Positions 54,855-64,000 of a DNA stretch of 64,000 bases are shown one piece after another (within the stretch, counting starts at the first letter, position 1; the number at the start of each line of letters is the position of its first letter). This DNA is from Eledone cirrhosa. Lineage: Eukaryota. The DNA lies in assembly GCA_964016885.1 (NCBI GenBank), contig OZ024747.1, forward strand, positions 21,576,001 through 21,640,000, written 5' to 3'. The translations under genes and the position numbers were made by a program. The notes below the pieces were generated by a model. It searched no databases and was not told the DNA's origin. It saw only the letters and a list, made by a program, of their open reading frames with translations.

Positions 54855-55192
54855 TCATCTCTCTCCCTCTCTTTCTCTCTCACTTTTCTTTCTCTCATTC
54901 TCTCTCTTCCTTCCTCTCATTCTCTTTCTTCCTCTCTCTCTCTCTTTCTCTCTCTCTTACTCCCTCTTCCTTCCTCTTTCTCTCTCTCTCTCTCCCTTAC
55001 TCCCTCTTCCTTCCTCTCCCTCTTCCTTCCTCTCCCTCTCTCTCTTCCTCTCTCTCTCATTCTCTTCCTTCCCCTCTCTCTCTTACTCCCTCTTCCTTCC
55101 TCTCTCTCTCTCTTACTCCCTCTTCCTTCCTCTCTTACTCCCTCTTCCTTCCTCTCTCTCCCTCTCTCTCTGTTCCTTCCTCTCATTCTCTT

Positions 55193-55250
<58 letters not shown>
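54855..55250. repeat. CT-rich polypyrimidine low-complexity tract
   Basis: Direct reading. Confidence 0.9.
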
Positions 55251-55251
<1 letters not shown>

Positions 55252-55598
55252 GCTATAATCATCCTGCCACATCATCGACACATACGCACACACACACACA
55301 CACATACCTCCACAGCCACACCTCCACGAGTATGTTTGCCTCTCTACTCATGCTTTCTGCCCTAGTTTTACCAGTTCCACCCTGTCAGTCAGTCAGTCAA
55401 TCTAAAAATTTGCCCGAATTTTATCTTCCCCGTTGTTCTACTCTACTGGCATCACTTCTTAATATCCTCCCATAGCAGCTGACAGACACGAGTTCTTTCA
55501 CATGAAATGTGACCCTGATCCTTGTCTCCCATCCCATCCCATCCCATCCCCTCTCTCTCTTACGCGCGCGCGCACACTATACACACACACATACACAT

Positions 55599-55646
<48 letters not shown>

Positions 55647-55783
55647 ATGCTTTGGGAGGGTCATGTTGCCAATAAGAAACACACGCACCAATTGCTTATA
55701 ATAAATGTATAAATTATTATAAATTTATAAATTTCCGGTTGGTTGGTTGGTTGGTTCCACAACCGGACGGTTGTTCATATATT

Positions 55784-55826
55784 GTCAAAGTTCTTTCGTC
55801 ACACATTCTGTGACCTCTTCAGTGAC
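55784..55826 (-). ncRNA. Type I hammerhead (family X, element about 55641-55890)
   Basis: Minus gtca-CTGAAGA-g-GTCACA(gaatg)TGTGAC-GAAA-gaac-TT-tgac. Confidence 0.8.
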
Positions 55827-56469
55827 TGGGGATTCTTTTCTTTGTTTTTGTGCCTCTCCTTTGTTCTGTCCTACGCCATCTTGTTTTGTTGTGTGTATAT
55901 ATATATATATATATATCTATCTAAGGCGTGTAAAATTCCCGAGATGCATGGACGAGTTCTCTCCAGCGGTCTCTGTCCCTCATTATCGCCGCCATGCCCT
56001 GCGTCACCAATGGTTCAATTCCAGTCTTGAACCATCAGCACAGTTGAGGTATGTCAGACATCAATTTATTTTATCTGATGAGGACGTACTGATGAAATAG
56101 CTCAATACCTCTGAAATATGTATAATAATATATATTTGATCACATTTAATGTCTATATTTATTAATATTTTCAAGTAATATATATATATCTATATATATA
56201 ATATATATAAGAACAAAAGATGGTTAAAAGAATTCCATGTATTTTATTATGCGCATTTCAAAAACAAATATCATCATGCAATAATATTTGTGTTTTCATC
56301 AGATAAAACATATCTATCTATATATATATATATATAAAGGATCGATCGACTTTCGTCAAATCGGACCGAGGAAACAATGTTTTCGTCGGTCTCTCCAGTT
56401 GGAAACGCCGAACGTTAAAATGATCCTCGATACAGAATCATCATCATCATTCGTCGACTACTGTCGAGA

Positions 56470-56820
56470 TGATGGATCTCACTCTCATGCCTCAGAATTC
56501 CCTGTCCCCCATCGCTGCTCCCTAGAGATAACATCAGGGAATGACAGCTTCCTACTCCTAGTCAGGCTGGAGTCAGGGTTCCAGAGCAAGAGAGCGGATA
56601 TGATTTCATTGCTGGCACGGTGACAGTGGCCAGCAAATTGAACTCTCCGGGATTTTAGAAGAGCAGTACCTCAACGAATCCAAGACTGAGTATGTGAACA
56701 GATGCGCAAACAGCCCAAACTACCCCATCAGAACCCTTAATGGTACCACCCTTAAGCAGGTGGAAAATTACAAGTATCTTGGCTCATATATCTCCTCCTC
56801 CAAAAAAGATTTTCTAACGA
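56470..56820 (+). pseudogene. LINE RT fragment
   Basis: LNESKTEYVN..IRTLNGTTLKQVENYKYLGSYISSSKKDF, the RT C-terminal KYLG motif. Confidence 0.65.
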
Positions 56821-56887
56821 TACAGAATACTCATAACCTCTAGTTGGATTACCTTAAACGATATATTGTTATCTTATATATATATAT

Positions 56888-57080
56888 GAAAATGTATGAC
56901 CCCGACGGCAGAGCTCAAGCCGTTTCGACGGATATTTCTGGAGTCCAGAAATATCCTTCGAAACGGCTTGAGCTCTGCCGTCGGGGTCATACATTTTCCT
57001 ATTACCCACTCTACTACCCTAAGTATTGAGTACTCTGGTGCGTTATGGTCCATCTGGTTCCTTACCACAATTCCTTCGTG
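56888..57080 (+). mobile_element. Family Y palindromic copy
   Basis: About 55-bp arms 56888-56998 with GAAA-cggc(ttgagctct)gccg-TC-gggg, followed by the shared tail. Confidence 0.78.
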
Positions 57081-57220
57081 ATATATATATATACATATAT
57101 ATACTAAAGAATTCATATCTAGTAACATATATATACATACAGATGCATATCAATACTAGCAAATATATAGGTTTTGTCTTAATAACAGTGTGGTTCAATG
57201 CATGGGGTTGCAGAACAATA

Positions 57221-57372
57221 ATATAAGAGACGTAAAATAAGAAAATTATAAAATTAACTTACTAAAATATCACTTTCTTCGGAAAATATATTTACTCCAT
57301 TCCAGAAACTAATTAGTTGGAAGTGATATTTTAGTAAGTAAGTTAATTTTATAATTTTCTTATTTTACGTCT

Positions 57373-57379
<7 letters not shown>
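57221..57379. repeat. Inverted repeat with an HHR-3'-half-like spacer
   Basis: 55-bp arms; the spacer contains GAAA-CTAATTAG-TT-gg. Confidence 0.7.
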
Positions 57380-57447
<68 letters not shown>

Positions 57448-57537
57448 AAAAGATTGGTAGAAATATCCAAGAGTAAGAGCACTCAGTCAATAGGACGAGA
57501 TGGGTATAAATAGTTACAAAGTGACATAAACAGGTAC

Positions 57538-57637
57538 TTAAGTTTTGTTGTGTTCTGGACCCCAACTCATTCAGTCTGTCATATTTTTCTTATGACAGTC
57601 TGAATGAGTTGGGGTCCAGAACGCAACGAAACTTAAG
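57538..57637. repeat. 100-bp hairpin next to an RTE 3' fragment (57640-57960, minus)
   Basis: cttaagttttgttgtgttctggaccccaactcattcagtctgtcata / tatgacagtctgaatgagttggggtccagaacgcaacgaaacttaag. Confidence 0.85.
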
Positions 57638-59296
57638 TGTCTGAGGGAGTCGTGGGGGCAGAGTTCTCAAACGCTCCCTCCAGCGAGTCCTGTCAGAAGC
57701 AACCGTTTCCAACTGATCCAGTTGGATTCCCAAGCGAAACCAACCAAGCTCATGGATGTTATACAACCATCTTGCTCAGAGTATACCCCCTGGTTCTCCT
57801 ACCAGGTGGTTTTACCCGTAAAATCTCTCTAGCGATTCTTTCCTGAGATATTCTAACCAAATGTCCATAGTATCGGAACTGTGATCTCTCAATTCGGAGA
57901 AGTAGCAGCTCTACCTGGAGTGTCTTTCTGACCTCCGAGTTACGTACTCTATCGAGTAACGTTACTCCAAAGACCTTTCAGAGGAAACTCATTTCAGCCG
58001 CTTGAATTCGCGATCGTATTCTTTCGGTCATTACAATGCGACGATCAATTTTTATGCATTATGCATTATTGTTTGAGGGGCGAGGGGGCAGTGGGTGGCA
58101 TTGCCCCCTACTTTTCAATGATGCACCCTCAAAATAGAAAATAAAATTTATAAAAGTTGTCCTGAAATAAGTTCCCTGAAGTCTTGACTTTACTGATTTA
58201 CGTCTTCCAAACGAAAACAAAAATAAATTTAAAAACAAACAAAAAAAGTTAACCAAAGAAGCTGGTTAAAAAATTCCCTAGGGAAATAGAGTGCTCATCT
58301 AGAATATTTTAAATATTCACTAAGCACCAAAACCTGGCGACTACCAACCTCCATTTGATGTACTGTCTCTGTCAACTTAGTGCATCACATGGTGCAGCAA
58401 ATCTCATATTTCAAATACTTCCTTTCAATGTGCCTACTCCATATTACCTTCCCAAAACACCATTAACTCAGCAATCAAAACATTTCTTTTGTCAAAACAA
58501 ATCGTGGGTTGCTTTGTTGCTGCAATATGGTTTGGGCGCTTGCGACTCTTCTTCAAATACCCCTTCCAGTTATCCAGTTATTGGCACCATTAAGAAGTCT
58601 GGGACTTGACTTTCCTGCATGGTTATTTTTTCCTCACTTTCCGTCTGTTAACCCTTTCATAGTCATATTTCTAAAGTTTCAATCAATAATCAATTTTGAA
58701 AATAATGAAAAAAAAAAATTCGAGGAATGTAATAATATAACTAACTTTTTCATTATTAAGCTGAGAATAGAACATTAGTTAACAAACATTTCTGACATAG
58801 AACGAGAATGGAAAATGTTTATAGACATCTAAAAACTTTAGAATGAACAATTTCGTACTCCTGAAATTGCACTCCTGTCCAGCACTGTATTTTTACCTAT
58901 GGGCCTAATAATTTATATAAATGGTTTAATGATCCAGCCACCATAGTATTTTTCACCCATTATAATCAAAGACAGATCATACATTTAAAGGAGTTTCTTT
59001 TTTCACTCTCCAACGAGACTTATTTGACTTTAATAGAAAGTGCTCCTAGTCCAAGCGGGAACCCCCTTCGTGTAGCGACCATGACACGTGCCTTGCTTGA
59101 TATACCCTAGTTACGCCTCTGATCAAAAGGATTAAAGAAGAAGATGCAACCTGGAATCGATTCTTATCGCATTGATAGTTGTTTCGTTGCTGTTGTAGTG
59201 CAGTAACAAGAGTGTTCAATACTAGAATATTCTCTAATGAAACGTAACTGCAACACTAATGAACATTAGTAGCGTTATTTCAATCCCAATATTTAA

Positions 59297-59530
59297 AATT
59301 GGCCGAGGTGAACAACACATAGTATAGCATGGGGGATTGGCCGAGGTGAACAGCACATAGTACAGCATGGGGGATTGGCCGAGGTGAACAACACATAGTA
59401 TAGCATGGGGGATTGGCTGAGGTGAACAACACATAGTATAGCATGGGGGATTGGCCGAGGTGAACAACACATAGTATAGCATGGGGGATTGGCCGAGGTG
59501 AACAACACATAGTACAGCATGGGGGATTGG
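59297..59530. repeat. 38-bp tandem repeat x6 directly upstream of a SINE A (59525-59688)
   Basis: ggccgaggtgaacaacacatagtatagcatgggggatt at 59301 plus multiples of 38. Confidence 0.92.
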
Positions 59531-60083
59531 CAGTATCGGTAGAGGTGTCGAACGCCATGCTTTGCAGAGTTATGGTCCTTTTACGGTCTGAGTTCAAATC
59601 CCGCCGAGGTTAAATTTGCCTTTCATCCTTACGGGGTCGATAAAATTGGGGTAATTGCTGGCCTTGTGCCAAAAAGTTGAAATAATTACTAGGTTGAATC
59701 AAGGCTGCACCACCCTCTATAATGTGATTTCTAATTTAGACACAAGGTCAGTATTTGTGTGGTGTGTGTGTGTGGGGGGGGGGCTGTTGCAAGGTCGATT
59801 ATATTGACTGGTTAGTACTTTATTTTATCGACCACAGAAAGATCAAAGGTGAAAGTTGAAGTTAACCCCAGCAGGATTTGAACTCAAAACGTAAAGAGCT
59901 GTAAATGCCACGAAGCATTTTGTCTGAAGCTTTAATGATTCTATCAATTCACACCACACCCCATAATATGATACATGATCATTTCTCCTATGCTACTGGA
60001 ACTACTCGTAGGCTTTGATTTCGTCACACTCCTATCTGCAAAATGTCATTTGTGATAATTCACCTACCCTTGATATTCTGACG

Positions 60084-60129
<46 letters not shown>

Positions 60130-60322
60130 ATAATAATAAAATTGAAGACTAAATCCAGAGAGGGCTCGATAAGGAAAATATATATCAAATATATAAGAAC
60201 CGAAGAGCAAATATTTTTTGAAATATCCAGTTCTGCGTTTACAGATTGACTTTGTTAGTTTCAGAAGATCCGTTAAGGGTGAAAGCAGCGATTCTTTGCT
60301 TAAACTTTAATCTGTTATTTTA

Positions 60323-60407
<85 letters not shown>

Positions 60408-60946
60408 GACTTCTGTGAATGAACATGTATGTGAAAATTAATTTTTTTCTGCCTCTTTTTATTTTATTTTCATTGCCTTCATCATTATTATTACTACTGG
60501 TAATTGCTGGCCTTGTGCCTAAAGTAGAAACAATTATTACTATTATCACTATTTGTACAAATATGCAACTTAACAATATTCTGCATATCCGCAATTGACA
60601 ATGCATTTAATACTGAAACCAGTGTTGTAAATAAATAAATGTTTTTATTATCTAACTGAAAAAAAATCTCTTCAACATTTTCTACTGAAAGAATCTTTTT
60701 CCCTTCTCTATTTGTTTATATATATAATATATTTCGTTTCTGAATTTGTTTAGCAAGATTCTTTATCTGAAATCGTGTGTTGAAACCAATATTGTTATAC
60801 TTTGGGAGGGTCATATTGCCAATAAGAAACACACGCACCAGTTGCTTTCACTTCAATTTATTATAATAAATTTATAAATTTAGGAATTTATAAATCTATA
60901 AATTTCTGGTTGGTTGGTTCCACAACCAGATAGTTGTTTATATATT

Positions 60947-60989
60947 GTCAAAGTTCTTTCGTCACACATTATGTGACCTCTTCAGTGAC
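60947..60989 (-). ncRNA. Type I hammerhead (family X, element about 60730-61060)
   Basis: Minus gtca-CTGAAGA-g-GTCACA(taatg)TGTGAC-GAAA-gaac-TT-tgac. Confidence 0.8.
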
Positions 60990-61059
60990 TGGGGATTCTT
61001 TTCTTTGTCTTTGTGCCTCTCCTTTGTTCTGTCCTACGCCATTTTTCCTACGCCACGTT

Positions 61060-61123
<64 letters not shown>

Positions 61124-61142
61124 GATATAGAAATGGCTTGTA

Positions 61143-61188
61143 CAGGACTAGAACTGTTTCATTCGGGAGAAATCATCAGGAAGCCCTG
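61143..61188 (-). ncRNA. Degenerate hammerhead related to the 310-bp-unit HHR
   Basis: Minus cagggcttc-CTGATGA-tTTC(tccc)GAAt-GAAA-cag-TT-ctagtcctg; same U-U closed stem II; stem I mismatched next to the core. Confidence 0.5.
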
Positions 61189-61263
61189 ATATATATTTAT
61201 ACTCTGCTATGTATTGAGTACCTTACTTACTGTGGTTACCCTCGATTGAACTTGGTATAAACT

Positions 61264-61294
<31 letters not shown>

Positions 61295-61379
61295 AAAAGG
61301 TAAACAGAAATAACAACACAATCGGTACAGTATATAGAAGGGATATATTAGGTTAACTCTTGATGTAGCAGGAAGAGGC

Positions 61380-61415
61380 TCTTAACGTTTCGGACGCTAG
61401 TCCTTCATCAGAAGA
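61380..61415 (-). ncRNA. Minimal type I hammerhead (family Z, element about 61293-61435)
   Basis: Minus tctt-CTGATGA-a-GGAC(tagc)GTCC-GAAA-cg-TT-aaga; palindromic ACGT stem III. Confidence 0.78.
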
Positions 61416-61520
61416 AAGAATAAGAAATATAGATTGAGGGGACGGGCGGGTTGGAATGGGGGAAAATGTCTTTAGATAAAAATAACAGGTCCATTCATGT
61501 TGACATCCCTTGCAAAACTG

Positions 61521-61550
<30 letters not shown>

Positions 61551-61556
<6 letters not shown>

Positions 61557-61774
61557 ATACTTTGGGAGGGTCATGTTGCCAATAAGAAACACACTCACCA
61601 GTTGCTTTCACTTCAATTTATTATAATAAATTTATAAATTTATTATAATAAATTGAAGTGAAAGCAACTGGTGCGTGTGTTTCTTATTGGCAACATGACC
61701 CTCCCAAAGTATAACAATATCGGTTTCAACACACGTTTTCAGATAAAGAATCTTGCTAAACAAATTCAGAAACG

Positions 61775-61780
<6 letters not shown>
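61551..61780. mobile_element. Palindromic fragment of family X
   Basis: About 84-bp arms centred on aaatttataaattt, with an extension to the right; in (TA)n. Confidence 0.8.
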
Positions 61781-61840
<60 letters not shown>

Positions 61841-61846
<6 letters not shown>

Positions 61847-62205
61847 GAAATAGGACGAAGGTAAACAGTTACAAAAGAATTTAATCTACGTATTAACAAT
61901 TGTTTCATCAGAATTTCAACTTTGTATTTTTAAAATTCGGATGCTACAGTATCTTTCTTGATTGCCTATTATTACATAGTGTAGCAATAATGGACTGAAA
62001 TTCTGATGAAACAATTGTTAATACGTGGATTAAATTCTTTTGTAACTGTTTACCTTCGTCCTATTTCTCTTTTTTGATTACACTCCTCGTTTGTTCGTGT
62101 TTCCACTACTGAATCCCTACCAACCTGTCGAGTCACCTTAACGTATGTTGAGAACTTTCCTCACAACTTGTTCTACCAAGCTTTGGAATACTCCTTATTA
62201 CTGAA
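61841..62205 (+). mobile_element. Head-to-head inverted insertion with a collapsed HHR motif
   Basis: 78-bp arms 61841-61918/61996-62073 containing att-CTGATGAAACAATTGTT-aat. Confidence 0.7.
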
Positions 62206-62690
62206 TATATATATATATATATATATGTTTTTGTTTTATTTTTTTTTATTTTTTGTTTCGTTTATGTCTCAGCCCAGCCTTTATGTGCTACCCCACAAAT
62301 ATGACCTCTTTTATTTCCAGCGTGGTTTCTGCCACCTCCTGATTACCTTTTCTCACATCCATTTCTTTCCTGGGTCGCACACGCAGTGAGGTCCATGGAA
62401 TATCGTAGCATCGTGGAGAAGTAGACTTTGCCTACATTAAAGCCTTGCCACCAGTTATGTTAAGGAATAATCGGGCGAGTCAACGAGAGAGCTTCTATGT
62501 AATCGCTTGACGGGCTAAAATTAGCAGCTCGTAAATATCTTTCAAATCCCATCCCCACTGTCTTAGAAAAGAACGCGTGGGATAATGAGGTATTTGGAAA
62601 AGGATGGAAAGATCACGGCTGAATAGCCTTTGACCAAGGGTCTTGTTTCAGGGGGGGGGGGTACCGGGAGACCACCCCACCCCACCCCCA

Positions 62691-62726
<36 letters not shown>

Positions 62727-63169
62727 TTTCAAACGTCTATATTTTATTTTTTGTCTATTTGATATAATAAATTCTTTTTAAGCCTATTTTTTTTTTATAT
62801 CTGAACTTCATTTGAATATATAAAATGTAATTAGCGTAAAATGTCATTTATGTGATAGGGTCCGGGAAATGCACCATAAGCAATTTATGCTTCTTTAAGA
62901 ATCAACAAATGTTGGTTTATCCCCCTCACATTTTTAAGGCAAACGAGGCTCCTGGGTGTGCCGAAGCAAGAGTAACATGGGGTTTAACAACAACAACAAT
63001 CCTGTTTAGAGTTGGGAGGTTACAGTTGCACCATACAGCGAAATTCTCATGAAGCTTGGCAGGAGGCCAACCCACTCTCGGAGAAACTCGCTAGTACATA
63101 TTTCCATTCTTTCCACTATCGTCAAAGAAATATGATGTACACGAGATAACCTAAATAACCTTCGCAAAA

Positions 63170-63330
63170 GACCATATCAATAATTCATTACCCAAGATTC
63201 ATGACCATAGGTGTAAAGGTAAGTAGGAACATCAAAGTGAAGAGAGCTAGTTTGACTTTTACACCTACCTCCCTTCTTCTGCTGATCGAATACTGAAGCT
63301 GGCGCCTTATTGCTCCAATTCCAACAATTC
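63170..63330 (-). pseudogene. RTE LINE fragment
   Basis: DVPTYLYTYGHESWVM resembles the RTE VPxLTYGHESWVMT motif. Confidence 0.6.
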
Positions 63331-63529
63331 TTTGGGTTTCTCATCGAATTTAATACTTCCTCTACCATCTCCCTTACACATACATACGCACACAATCAGA
63401 CACATATACTTATTTACACACATACATATAGGCACACAGATACAAACATATTCACACACACATTCACACCAACACATTCTACATGTATTTATACACTCAC
63501 ATACACATCACCACCAACACACACTCGCG

Positions 63530-63570
<41 letters not shown>

Positions 63571-63654
63571 ATATATTATATATATATGTATGTATATGTA
63601 TATATATATATGTATGTATATGTATATATATATATATATGTATGTATATGTATG

Positions 63655-63699
<45 letters not shown>

Positions 63700-63782
63700 A
63701 TATATATACATGTATATATATATATACATGTATATATATATATATACATGTATATATATATATACATGTATATATATACACG

Positions 63783-63817
<35 letters not shown>

Positions 63818-64000
63818 ATATATATATATAGATGTATATATATACATGTATGTATATATATATACATGTATATATATATATATATACATGTATATATATA
63901 TATATACATGTGTATATATATATATACATGTATATATATATATATATATACATGTATATATATATATATATATATATGATATATATATATATACATGTAT
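63530..64000. repeat. (TA)n/(TACATG) compound microsatellite
   Basis: Direct reading. Confidence 0.95.

Noticed and set aside
56068-56130. Two CTGATGA motifs followed by GAAA
   Set aside because: No convincing stems I-III could be assembled around either core.

Overview
This is AT-rich, microsatellite-saturated animal DNA; the SINE types, RTE 3' tails and (TA)n load suggest an octopod cephalopod (inference). The only clear host gene is a heparan sulfate 3-O-sulfotransferase with a single coding exon (24593-25648, +). The rest is repeats: a near-intact RTE LINE, fragments of Tx1/L1, CRE, other RTE and Penelope elements, a non-autonomous Helitron, hAT/piggyBac/Tc1 relics, many tRNA-derived SINEs and several minisatellites. 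The most notable signal is non-coding. Minimal type I hammerhead ribozyme motifs (HHRs) from about five unrelated families sit inside (TA)n tracts. The best case is a head-to-head array of apparently identical, highly structured 310-bp units (34671-36735) with six complete HHRs, three per strand; it looks like a non-LTR retrozyme or Penelope-mobilised circular-RNA element. Many short palindromic insertions keep only the 3' half of an HHR, with the inversion point at HHR stem II. Most ORFs in the supplied track are microsatellite artefacts. Coordinates were counted by eye and may be off by a few bases.
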